Source: Escherichia coli (GTDB taxonomy: Bacteria; Pseudomonadota; Gammaproteobacteria; Enterobacterales; Enterobacteriaceae). Taken from it: a stretch of 64,000 nt of DNA. The DNA lies in the NCBI RefSeq assembly GCF_001677475.2, contig NZ_CP015229.1; one strand, 5' to 3'. The translations under genes were made by a program, and so were the position numbers. The notes beneath the pieces were generated by a model. It was not told where the DNA came from and ran no database searches. It worked only from the letters and a program-made list of their open reading frames with translations. Each line of letters starts with the position of its first letter. The stretch's first letter is position 1. Positions 22,385 to 31,927 of this stretch are shown one piece after another.

Positions 22385-22708
22385 GTGAGTAACCGTTATT
22401 GGATGATCTCCTTCCATAAAAATACGCGCAATCTAACGGTTTGCTCTGTGCCAAAAAAAGACATTGCTCACAATATCGAGTTAATCATTCGGCCGTTGAA
22501 CATTCCCATTGAAAAATTTCTCAGTATAGAATATACCAATGTTGAGGGCATTCCTCTTACATCTCGAAGGATAACTATCATGGGTCTAAAACCAGGTCCA
22601 AAACCAATTGCTAAGTCAACAGGAAAACCGGATCAACGCCGACGCGATAATAAAGATACTCCTGGCAATACTCCGGGATTAAAGCCAAGTAAGTCCACAG
22701 GTAAGTAA
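22385..22708 (+). CDS. hypothetical protein
   Basis: 107-codon ORF with a Pro/Lys/Gly-rich C-terminus; convergent with the helicase gene. Confidence 0.3.
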   Translation: MSNRYWMISFHKNTRNLTVCSVPKKDIAHNIELIIRPLNIPIEKFLSIEYTNVEGIPLTSRRITIMGLKPGPKPIAKSTGKPDQRRRDNKDTPGNTPGLKPSKSTGK

Positions 22709-22755
22709 AAAATAAGGGTATAAATACTTATTTATACCCTGACTACATATCCAGT

Positions 22756-24954
22756 CTACTGAAGGTGTTTCTGCAGCCAGATGCACGTTCCTTTTATATC
22801 ATACGCCTGTGCCCCATACCCTTTAGCAAGCAAAGTCTCTGGTAAATACTCGTCATATTTATCCAGATACTTGTCGGGAACAACTGCAGCAAGCTCAAAC
22901 TCTGAAGGTAGCCCCGACAATAGCATTTTCTTAAGTGCACGCTGGACAGAGGCAACGCCTGAGTCCTCTACCTCTATCACACCTGCAAATGAACTGGCTT
23001 TAAAGCCACAACGTATAATCAGGGACGTAATTGTATTGACAATTTTATCCCCCATCCACGGGATCACGTAGCAGTTCTGACCACTGGCAATAAAACAGTC
23101 ATTTTGTAGATTGTAGCGTTGGAAGTTGTCACTTCCTTCCGCGAAGAGGCTTCTGGCTGCGGCATCAGCATAATCGACTCTCTTGTTGCCTACCGCGATA
23201 CGGTAATCATTTTCCCTGTAGATAGTGAGCATTTCCTGGCGAACAACATCATGAACAGACATCCCGGTACCACTGAATAGTGGCGGCTGACCGCCTTTAG
23301 TCGTCTCAACATAGATAACCTTTTTTTCAACCTCGATCTCTGTCACTTTCCAGCGCCGTCCGCCGAAGATGATGTGCTGCTCCGGCAAAAGTGGGGAGTC
23401 TACAGGCACTGTGCCAAGAGTTCGGTTTCCCGTTACAATGCGAAACTCCTCAGGTGTATTGAATACGGCATAAAACGTGTAGTGATTAGTCAGCTTCTCC
23501 CCCTCAGCCCCGACAACTATTTCACCGCTGGTTAGTTGAGTGAGCAGGCCACATGTCCCCATATGTTTAAGCAGACTTTTGAAGTCATTTATATCCACAT
23601 TCCGGAACGGACCTGTCTGGCAAAGTTGTGACCAGAGCTGATCGGCACGAACACCTCCCCATTGCGCAGTAATAGCCAGGATCTGGTGTAGTAGTGTGGA
23701 GTAATGTTTCTGCCGGATATCTGCAGGCTCGAACCAGCGCTTAGAGATCATCAACCTGATCATTGCCATCGCCTGAACCAACTGCAGCCGTAAATGATCC
23801 ACAATGCTGCTGGTTGCGGTAAGTTCAGGTTCAGTAATTAACATTCTCAGCACCGATGGGGAATCGCGCCGCCCTGAACGTCCCATGCGTTGACGCAGAC
23901 TGGAAACAGAATGCGGAGGTGTCACTTGTATGACAGACTGCACCTTACCAATATCAATACCCAGCTCCAGCGTCATTGTACAAACAGCGGTTGTGGGCAA
24001 ATTCCCTTTCTGCAGTCGGGCTTCAAGCGCCTCACGCAACTCCCTTGCAAGGGAACCATGATGAGGAAAGAATTCATTAGGAACGACATTTGCTTCACAC
24101 ATGTCGCTCAGTGTTGCCGCTATGCTTTCAGTACGCTTTCGACTGTTAGCAAAGACCAGGTGGGAATCGCCACGGCAGAGCCTGAAAATATCCGCGCAGA
24201 CGAGCTGTTCAGCAGAGCTCTGGAGCTCTTCTCCTTTTTCGGGCACCCGCTCAAGATAACCTTTAACCTGAACCTGTAGTGTGGCTTTGCTATTACTGTC
24301 TGTTACCGTTTCACAAGGTAATCTCTTATCCGGGCGCAATAGTTCTGGTACTTTTTCCAGCTCTCCCAGCGTGGCACTCAACGCGACACGGGGAACTGGA
24401 TTCAACTGGCGTCCCAGCACATGGTCAATTCTGTTAAGCAGAGAAAGCAGCTGTATACCACGCTCTGAGCCAATAAAAGCATGGAACTCATCAATAACAA
24501 TGTATGCCACAGAAGAAAACGCCTGTTTGAGCCAACCCAATGAGTTTATGAGCAAAGACTCAAGTGATTCAGGTGTGATAAGTAAGATGCCAGAAGGGGT
24601 TGTCCGTGCTTTCTTCTTTTTGCTTTGTGGTACATCCCCGTGCCAGGGCGTCACTTGCATTTCCAGGGCTTCACCAAGACTCTCAAGACGACGGTGTTGA
24701 TCGTTAATTAATGCCTTCAATGGACTGATATAGATAATGCCAAATCCACCAGTGAGATCTGCAATCGCTGAACAGGCAGGAAGAAAGAAAGCCTCTGTTT
24801 TACCCGCAGCTGTACCTGCACTAATTAGTACATCACGATCACGGGCTAAAATTGCCGGAATAGAGCTTTCCTGCAAGGGCCTTAAGGATGACCAGCCCTG
24901 CTTATAAACCCACTTACGGACACGGGGATCAAGACTATTGTAGGCACTACTCAT
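22756..24954 (-). CDS. SF2 DExH-box helicase (Lhr-like), third gene of a candidate defence operon (SngC-like)
   Basis: 732 aa with motif I AGTAAGKT, motif II DEFH, motif III SAT, motif VI QRMGRSGRR; ATGA start/stop overlap with the upstream ATPase gene. Confidence 0.8.
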   Translation of the reverse strand: MSSAYNSLDPRVRKWVYKQGWSSLRPLQESSIPAILARDRDVLISAGTAAGKTEAFFLPACSAIADLTGGFGIIYISPLKALINDQHRRLESLGEALEMQVTPWHGDVPQSKKKKARTTPSGILLITPESLESLLINSLGWLKQAFSSVAYIVIDEFHAFIGSERGIQLLSLLNRIDHVLGRQLNPVPRVALSATLGELEKVPELLRPDKRLPCETVTDSNSKATLQVQVKGYLERVPEKGEELQSSAEQLVCADIFRLCRGDSHLVFANSRKRTESIAATLSDMCEANVVPNEFFPHHGSLARELREALEARLQKGNLPTTAVCTMTLELGIDIGKVQSVIQVTPPHSVSSLRQRMGRSGRRDSPSVLRMLITEPELTATSSIVDHLRLQLVQAMAMIRLMISKRWFEPADIRQKHYSTLLHQILAITAQWGGVRADQLWSQLCQTGPFRNVDINDFKSLLKHMGTCGLLTQLTSGEIVVGAEGEKLTNHYTFYAVFNTPEEFRIVTGNRTLGTVPVDSPLLPEQHIIFGGRRWKVTEIEVEKKVIYVETTKGGQPPLFSGTGMSVHDVVRQEMLTIYRENDYRIAVGNKRVDYADAAARSLFAEGSDNFQRYNLQNDCFIASGQNCYVIPWMGDKIVNTITSLIIRCGFKASSFAGVIEVEDSGVASVQRALKKMLLSGLPSEFELAAVVPDKYLDKYDEYLPETLLAKGYGAQAYDIKGTCIWLQKHLQ

Positions 24955-26267
24955 AATCTGAAATTCGCCAGGCCATCATCGTCATCACTTTCCTCCACAA
25001 TGGCATCATCCATATCGCTGAGCTTGTCTTCTTCAATCGCCACCCCCTCAATGAGGGTTTGCCAGTTCATCGTTCTGTTTTGTTCCAGCACAGCCAGCAT
25101 ATCCAGAAAACCTTTTATGGTATTGCGGGGAGTTCGAAAGTAAGCATCTCCGATGGTTTTGCTGCAGTGATGCAGAAACCCGGTCAGAGCATCATCTGGC
25201 ACCAGATAATTTGCGGGATCTCCACCAGCATAAACATGACGAAGGTTTTTCAGTAAAATATACAGTTCCTCAGGAGTGAGGCTGGCAAGATGCAGCGTGG
25301 GGGACGAGTAGTCAATCACGCCAGCTTTCTGTGCGAATCGGTTTTCTGCCAGACGCGACTGGAGCGCTTCATAGCTGTAGAGCCCCTTACGTGGATCGAA
25401 AAGAAATTCTGGCGTCCCCCCGAGGATAAAACCAATATTTTCGGCGGAGCCTTGCAGGCAGTCATTCAGGATCCGCAAAATTTGTTCGTAGTTGGCCGTT
25501 CTCGCTTGCGTATTATTCAACTTGAAGAGGTTCACCATCTCGTCGAGGCTAACTAAAAGTCCGGCATAGCCTGCCTGACGGACAAAAAGGCTCATCAACT
25601 TCAAAGAATCATAGAACGAGGCGTCTGAGATAATCGTTCGGACGTCAAGATCATTACGGGCATCAGTTTTTGTGGTGTACTCGCCCCGCAACCAGCGAAT
25701 AGCATTGGATTTTAAGGTTTCGTTATCCTGCTCATGCCCGCGCCAGAATGCGTCAATGACCTTCGCAAAGTCATATCCTCCCACCATATCTGACAAAGCA
25801 GCAAGGCGTTTATGAATAACGGATGAGACCAGGGAGCCGTTCGCATCAGCTTCCTTCCTTGCCTCAGTAACAAACCTTTCCACAACGCTAAGTAATGCAT
25901 TGCCATCTGGTTTGTTTCTGGTGGACATATTTTTCATAAGCTCTGAGTAGAGATTACGAGCCTGACCTCCCGATGAGTGGATACGTCTGTCGGGAGAAAG
26001 GTCTGCACTGACCGTGACCAGCTTCTTCTCTAACGCAATAGACCGTACAACACTTAAAAAGAATGTTTTCCCGGAACCGTACTCACCAATGATAAGTCTG
26101 AAGCTTGCCCCGCCATCAGCAATCCGTTCAATATCCTGATGGAGGGCGGTTATCTCATTCACGCGGCCAACCTGGATATGCTGAATACCTATTCTTGGCG
26201 TTACTCCCGACTTAAGTGACTGAATGATAGCGTCGCGCTCTTTCACTCTTATACGTGTTACAGACAT
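24951..26267 (-). CDS. P-loop ATPase, second gene of the candidate defence operon (SngB-like)
   Basis: 438 aa with Walker A GEYGSGKT and Walker B-like LLVSLDEM; acidic C-terminus. Confidence 0.8.
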   Translation of the reverse strand: MSVTRIRVKERDAIIQSLKSGVTPRIGIQHIQVGRVNEITALHQDIERIADGGASFRLIIGEYGSGKTFFLSVVRSIALEKKLVTVSADLSPDRRIHSSGGQARNLYSELMKNMSTRNKPDGNALLSVVERFVTEARKEADANGSLVSSVIHKRLAALSDMVGGYDFAKVIDAFWRGHEQDNETLKSNAIRWLRGEYTTKTDARNDLDVRTIISDASFYDSLKLMSLFVRQAGYAGLLVSLDEMVNLFKLNNTQARTANYEQILRILNDCLQGSAENIGFILGGTPEFLFDPRKGLYSYEALQSRLAENRFAQKAGVIDYSSPTLHLASLTPEELYILLKNLRHVYAGGDPANYLVPDDALTGFLHHCSKTIGDAYFRTPRNTIKGFLDMLAVLEQNRTMNWQTLIEGVAIEEDKLSDMDDAIVEESDDDDGLANFRL

Positions 26268-26270
26268 TCA

Positions 26271-28580
26271 CTAACCCTCTAATTCTTTGGCTATTTCCAG
26301 GTCAATCCAAATGTGATCATCAGCATCTTCCAGCACTGGTGCATCAACCACCGCATAGGACCAATCGTTAATCACCTCAAGCGCACCGCCGAGCATCAGG
26401 TTCCAGTTACTACACAACTCTGTCGCCTCTTTTCTGGACCATTGTTCTTTCTCCAGCAACCTGCGATAAAGTTGGCTATGAGCGGAGTCAAGTCCCCCTT
26501 CCCCGGTTAATGAGGCTGGAGCGCTTTCTGGTTGTTCTGGTTCTTCTTCAGTGAAAATTGAGTTCAGTAATTTACGAACATCATCAGTGGCAGATTCGTG
26601 GCGGGCAAGTACGTTGGCATCCAGCGTAAACCCTGCCGTCGACTGATTAGCTGGTACAGATGAAACGAGAGCAGTTTCAGTTGCGGAATGCTGATGGATA
26701 TTGCTTGATACGGATGAGGGATCCAGTCCCAGGCTTGTATAAATCTTCTCAAGCTGTTTGATTTCGGCAGGCGTAATTCTGCCGTCAGAGCAAGCGACAC
26801 TAACGATAACCTTACCCACAGCTGATTTTTCCGCTGCACCGAGTAATTCAATCCGGCTTTTCATTCCCGTCATATTCGCCGGAGTATGAAGCTGCCACGT
26901 TAAATATGCGTGCAGAGAGCGCTTTTCATCATCGCTGAAGCTGGCATTGTTGTTGATGGCATTCTCAAGCACTTTCTGTTCGGCTTGATCGAGAGAATTG
27001 TCAATCAAGGCGACTACCGAACCTAATCGGAGCGTCAATACAGCTGTGATAAATTCAGGAGAAGGTGAGAAACGTCCTCTTTCACCAGCAGGGAATAAAA
27101 CAAGTACACCATCGACATCTGCCTTTACGTGGTGGTGATAGGGGTCAGGAGCCAGACAGTATCCCATTTTCTGTGCAAAGGCTTGCATTAAGTCGGCCTC
27201 TTTTTTATTGATCTTCGCCGGACAGGTGGCATTCATATGTGACCAGTAGTCAGCAACTGAAACTATCCCACCCTTACTGCGGATTGCGTCATCAGCCCAG
27301 TGTTTGAATGTACTTAATATTTTTTCTGCGCTTTCGTTAACGATTTCTGAAGGCAGCAACAAAATTGCAGCGGTATCATTTGCTGAAGTACCTTTTCTAC
27401 CAAGGTAACGACTGTAAGCATCCAGTTCACCTGTGCATATATCGGCAATGGCCATAAGCTTCTGAACAGGGCCTTTCAATGCACCTGGATCAGGCAAGTC
27501 GGGAACAGGAAGCCGAATACCTCGCAAACTGGGACTTGCAGGCGTGTAATCTAAACGCAGACGCGCTTTATTCGGCTTCACTACCATCCCTTCACCGTAT
27601 TTAAGGGTGTAACGCCGTTTAAATAGTGCAGCAAATTCTTTCGCACAGCGGCGGGCGGGGGTTCGTAATGAGTATTCAGCATGGTTTGTCACCCACGTCA
27701 GAGCCAGATCCGCTGGAACCGGGGCTCCTGTATCAACAGTCTTTGCCAGGATTAACCTGAACTGCATGCTATTGCTGAACTCCGAATCATCGTTGAGAGC
27801 TGCTGCAAGATTTTCGTTCGGACGAAGAATGGACATCGCTTCAAGTAACTGGGATGAGTAATTCCGGAAAGATCGGTTTTCATTGAAAACCGATCTGAGA
27901 CGGCAGATCTCTTTGAAAAGAGAATAGAACTCATCGTCGGATATATTGTTGTCCCTGCTGTCAACAAGCGCCCTTCTTTCCAGACCATACAGATAAATGA
28001 AAACGTAACCAATTGGGCAGGAAGTGTCGCATCTGTCGCTGGCAAGCCAACTCAGGTACGCACCACGAGCTTCAGGTGAAAGTGAGGAAAAACTGGGCCA
28101 ATACCCTAATGAACTATCTTCGTAAATGTAAGGTGTGGGGGATATTTTAAGCGTGTCGTCAACTAGCGATGCCTCGTTATTGCCATCATAATAACCGCCT
28201 GAGTTATGCCCGGCAGGTTTCATACGCTGCCCAAGATAGAAGTGACCGCCGGTAACCTCTATCCCACTGACTGTGATCATCTCTCCCGGAAAAATCCAAC
28301 GAGCCAAAGCACCGGTAGTTTTTGAGAAATTCTGGCGTTGAGTGGCTGTTATGCTGTATTCGACATTCCGCCCGCCACTTAGTGTAAACGTAGCCAGATT
28401 GTCATCTTCGCTGTCCTCGTTTTGCATTACAGACTGATTTTTTTTGTTGTTAGCAAGCCATTCTTTAGGTGGTGCTTTCACAGGAGCGGAAGTATAAGAG
28501 CCCGCGGACTTAGTTTTCTTCTTTTTGAAAAAAAGAATATAAATCAAATAAATAGCTACTATAAATATCCATAACTCCAT
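26271..28580 (-). CDS. large N-terminally membrane-anchored protein, first gene of the candidate defence operon (SngA-like; TerB domain not verified)
   Basis: 769 aa; N-terminal hydrophobic helix MELWIFIVAIYLIYILFF followed by KKKK; 3-nt spacing to the ATPase gene. Confidence 0.7.
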   Translation of the reverse strand: MELWIFIVAIYLIYILFFKKKKTKSAGSYTSAPVKAPPKEWLANNKKNQSVMQNEDSEDDNLATFTLSGGRNVEYSITATQRQNFSKTTGALARWIFPGEMITVSGIEVTGGHFYLGQRMKPAGHNSGGYYDGNNEASLVDDTLKISPTPYIYEDSSLGYWPSFSSLSPEARGAYLSWLASDRCDTSCPIGYVFIYLYGLERRALVDSRDNNISDDEFYSLFKEICRLRSVFNENRSFRNYSSQLLEAMSILRPNENLAAALNDDSEFSNSMQFRLILAKTVDTGAPVPADLALTWVTNHAEYSLRTPARRCAKEFAALFKRRYTLKYGEGMVVKPNKARLRLDYTPASPSLRGIRLPVPDLPDPGALKGPVQKLMAIADICTGELDAYSRYLGRKGTSANDTAAILLLPSEIVNESAEKILSTFKHWADDAIRSKGGIVSVADYWSHMNATCPAKINKKEADLMQAFAQKMGYCLAPDPYHHHVKADVDGVLVLFPAGERGRFSPSPEFITAVLTLRLGSVVALIDNSLDQAEQKVLENAINNNASFSDDEKRSLHAYLTWQLHTPANMTGMKSRIELLGAAEKSAVGKVIVSVACSDGRITPAEIKQLEKIYTSLGLDPSSVSSNIHQHSATETALVSSVPANQSTAGFTLDANVLARHESATDDVRKLLNSIFTEEEPEQPESAPASLTGEGGLDSAHSQLYRRLLEKEQWSRKEATELCSNWNLMLGGALEVINDWSYAVVDAPVLEDADDHIWIDLEIAKELEG

Positions 28581-28809
28581 GAGGCAGTAACCTTAAAAAT
28601 AGCTTTTCACGCACACCAAAAAGGATGACGATGGGAAGTGGATTAATCTCAAAATAATACTTCTAAATTAAAAAGGTTAAAAGCAAATCACAACCTTCCT
28701 GAGCTTCCGCTTTTCTCTTTCAGAGGGCTGAAGTCGTTATCTGTAACCAGAGGAGATCAGTAGCCCGTTATGCCAGCTAAAGCACTCCGGGCAGATTGCC
28801 CGGAGTGCT

Positions 28810-28990
28810 TAATATTTTAATGGATTGTTAATCTTCGCATACTCAAAGGGGCTGGTATTTTCTTTCGAGTTTGTATCCAGAAAATCCCCCCACCACTGTA
28901 GCATCAACCGACGCTATTCCAGGTGTTCTGTTTTATGGATATAAGCCGCCCTTAATGAATTACGTTCCATGTGGCTCATCTGACGTTCAG
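28810..28990 (-). pseudogene. remnant of the 3' end of a second P4-type integrase gene
   Basis: ~180 bp closely similar to the 3' end of the intact integrase gene at 31928 (encodes ...AKINNPLK-like C-terminus); same flanking hairpin CCGGGCA...TGCCCGG. Confidence 0.6.
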
Positions 28991-29208
28991 CCGCTTTATC
29001 TCGTGCTGTTTTGGTCTTAATACTTCCATGCCGCTGCGATTACCTCTTAAACCCGCCCTTACCATTTTTATGGGTACGATAAGAAAACTTTATCGGGCAC
29101 GATCGATTTTATCGATCGATTCGATCGAAAACATTCCTTTTACCCTATCTTTTGCATGGTTTTAGAATGAGCAACCCCATTTATCGTTCGGGGAAAGTGA
29201 TAGCGGAG

Positions 29209-29958
29209 ATGATTGAAATGAATAAGGTTATTGCGGTTTCAGCGCTTGCCATGGCAGGCATGTTTTCGACCCAGGCTCTGGCTGATGAGAGCAAAACAGG
29301 CTTTTATGTGACCGGTAAAGCAGGTGCTTCTGTTATGTCACTTGCAGACGAGCGTTTCCTGTCGGGTGATGGAGAGGAAACATCAAAATATAAAGGCGGT
29401 GATGGCCATGATACGGTATTCAGTGGCGGTATCGCGGCCGGTTATGATTTTTACCCGCAGTTCAGTATTCCGGTTCGTACGGAACTGGAGTTTTACGCTC
29501 GTGGAAAAGCTGATTCGAAGTATAACGTAGATAAAGACAGCTGGTCAGGCGGTTACTGGCGTGATGACCTGAAGAATGAGGTGTCAGTCAACACACTGAT
29601 GCTGAATGCGTACTATGACTTCCGGAATGACAGTGCATTCACACCATGGGTATCTGCAGGGATTGGCTACGCCAGAATTCACCAGAAAACAACCGGTATC
29701 AGTACCTGGGATTATGGGTACGGAAGCAGTGGTCGCGAATCGTTGTCACGTTCAGGCTCTGCTGACAACTTCGCATGGAGCCTTGGCGCGGGTGTCCGCT
29801 ATGACGTAACCCCGGATATCGCTCTGGACCTCAGCTATCGCTATCTTGATGCAGGTGACAGCAGTGTGAGTTACAAGGACGAGTGGGGCGATAAATATAA
29901 ATCAGAAGTTGATGTTAAAAGTCATGACATCATGCTTGGTGTGACTTATAACTTCTGA
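29209..29958 (+). CDS. putative outer-membrane beta-barrel protein
   Basis: Signal peptide (…AMAGMFSTQALA), alternating beta-strand-like pattern, C-terminal ...LGVTYNF with terminal Phe. Confidence 0.55.
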   Translation: MIEMNKVIAVSALAMAGMFSTQALADESKTGFYVTGKAGASVMSLADERFLSGDGEETSKYKGGDGHDTVFSGGIAAGYDFYPQFSIPVRTELEFYARGKADSKYNVDKDSWSGGYWRDDLKNEVSVNTLMLNAYYDFRNDSAFTPWVSAGIGYARIHQKTTGISTWDYGYGSSGRESLSRSGSADNFAWSLGAGVRYDVTPDIALDLSYRYLDAGDSSVSYKDEWGDKYKSEVDVKSHDIMLGVTYNF

Positions 29959-30109
29959 CAAAACTGCTCCTGAAAGATAATAATTACCCATCTTCTGTAA
30001 TTAAACGAAGACTCCCTGCAGTAATTATACTGCAGGGTTGTTTGTTATCTGTTTCACAGGAGACTTCTGATTTTTATTCTCTTCACAATAATGTTGTCGA
30101 TATACTCCG

Positions 30110-31609
30110 ATGAATATCAGAAAGCTGTTTTATACGGACAATATATCCCGGATTTTATTGTTTTTATTCTTCCCGGGCATGTGTGTAATAACCACTGCCG
30201 CATGCGGATACACTGAGAAGAATGCCACCGGGAATGTGTTGCTGCTGTTTCTCCTTCTGATTCTTGCACACAGAAATACCCTTACATCCATTACAGCTCT
30301 GTTATTTCTGTTCTGTTGTGCACTGTATGCACCTGTCGGTATGACGTACGGAAAAATCAACAACAGTTTTATTGTCGCGTTGTTGCAGACCACGGCGGAT
30401 GAGGCTGCGGAGTTTACCGGGATGATTCCTGTTTATCATTTTCTGGTCAGTGCCGCGATTCTGGTGTTCATGGTTATTTTCTGGCGGACACACCACCGTG
30501 GTCAACGTAACGCGATGGCTCTGTTGTTATTCGTATTATGCTCTGTAAACAGCTGGCCGTTACGGATGGTTAAAGGAACAGTTGTGGGGACAACTGACAC
30601 ATTGCGTGAAATGCAGCGTTATGAACAACTGAGTCGGCACGGTGCTGACAGCTGGAAAATCCTGCCGGGAGCACCATTATATGACACGATTGTTATTGTT
30701 ACTGGTGAGAGTGTCCGCAGGGATTATATGTCGGTATATGGTTATCCCGAGCCAACCACACCATGGCTGAATACGGCTCCCGGTTTATTTATTGACGGTT
30801 ATACATCGGCAGCAGCCAGCACCGTGCCTTCCCTGAGCCGGACACTGATTTATGACTATGAGCAGAACCCTGATTCCGGCAACAACGTGGTGGCGCTGGC
30901 AGCAAAAGCAGGATACAGCACATGGTGGATATCCAATCAGGGAAAACTGGGAGAGCATGACACACGCATCTCTGTTATTGCTTCTGATGCGGACCATACT
31001 GTTTTCCTCAAGAAAGGCAGCTTTGCTTCCCGTAAAACGGATGACATGTTGTTGTTACAGGAAACAGAACGTGCGCTGGCAGATACATCCACTCCGAAGG
31101 TGATTTTCCTGCACATGATGGGGTCTCATCCGAACCCGTGTGATCGGCTTCACTCCTGGCAGAATAATTACCTGGAGCAGTATTCCCGAAAAATTGCCTG
31201 TTATCTTGCCAGCATCAGTAAACTGGATAACTTTCTTGGTCAGCTTGATGGTATCCTTCGCCGACACTCACGTCATTTCGCCATGCTTTACTTTTCTGAC
31301 CATGGGCTGTCGGTCAGCGACAGTGCTAATCCTGTTCATCATGATGGTCATGTGCAGGGAGGCTACAGCGTGCCCCTGATTATTACCGCCAGTGATATAA
31401 CCTCTCATCAGTCCCTCAGCAGAAAAATCAGTGCCCGTCATTTCACAGGTATTTTTCAGTGGCTGACCGGTATTCGTACCGAAAATATACCGCCATTCAA
31501 TCCACTGACAGACGAAGATAATGAACGCATTATGGTTTTTAACGGAGAGAGGTATGTACAGGAAGACAGTCTGAAACCGCAGCCGCTTATTCTTCCGGAC
31601 CACAGGTAA
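30110..31609 (+). CDS. sulfatase-family phosphoethanolamine transferase-like membrane protein
   Basis: 499 aa; N-terminal transmembrane segments then IVIVTGESVRRDYMSVYGY and HMMGSHPNPCDR motifs resembling EptA/YhbX-type enzymes. Confidence 0.6.
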   Translation: MNIRKLFYTDNISRILLFLFFPGMCVITTAACGYTEKNATGNVLLLFLLLILAHRNTLTSITALLFLFCCALYAPVGMTYGKINNSFIVALLQTTADEAAEFTGMIPVYHFLVSAAILVFMVIFWRTHHRGQRNAMALLLFVLCSVNSWPLRMVKGTVVGTTDTLREMQRYEQLSRHGADSWKILPGAPLYDTIVIVTGESVRRDYMSVYGYPEPTTPWLNTAPGLFIDGYTSAAASTVPSLSRTLIYDYEQNPDSGNNVVALAAKAGYSTWWISNQGKLGEHDTRISVIASDADHTVFLKKGSFASRKTDDMLLLQETERALADTSTPKVIFLHMMGSHPNPCDRLHSWQNNYLEQYSRKIACYLASISKLDNFLGQLDGILRRHSRHFAMLYFSDHGLSVSDSANPVHHDGHVQGGYSVPLIITASDITSHQSLSRKISARHFTGIFQWLTGIRTENIPPFNPLTDEDNERIMVFNGERYVQEDSLKPQPLILPDHR

Positions 31610-31927
31610 TCATATATGGCAAACTGTAATACAGTTGCTTGTACTGAAAAGTATTCTGTATAAAACAGAATCCGTATTCATATCAGCACAAGGGACCACC
31701 AAATCCCGGCAGTATTCCTTACGTCAGTTATCCCGCATCACTCTGTGAGTGAGTTTTTTTATGAGGTTACTTTTTCATTGAATATAAATAATGAATAACC
31801 GCAGATTCTGATAATCCTCCTCCAGGGAACAATCAGGTAAACAGTAAATACATCAGTTAATACCATTTTGTCTTTTTAACAAAGAAAATATTCATGGAGT
31901 AAGTTCCCGGGCATTTGCCCGGGATGA

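Noticed and set aside
29101-29130. Short repetitive tract ATCGATTTTATCGATCGATTCGATCGA
   Set aside because: Low-complexity repeat of ATCGA units in an intergenic island segment; too short and irregular for a CRISPR array or a defined binding-site array.
29010-29150. Possible direct repeat of the pheV 3' end (att site) next to the integrase remnant
   Set aside because: No convincing match to the pheV 3' end was found here by eye; needs a proper alignment.
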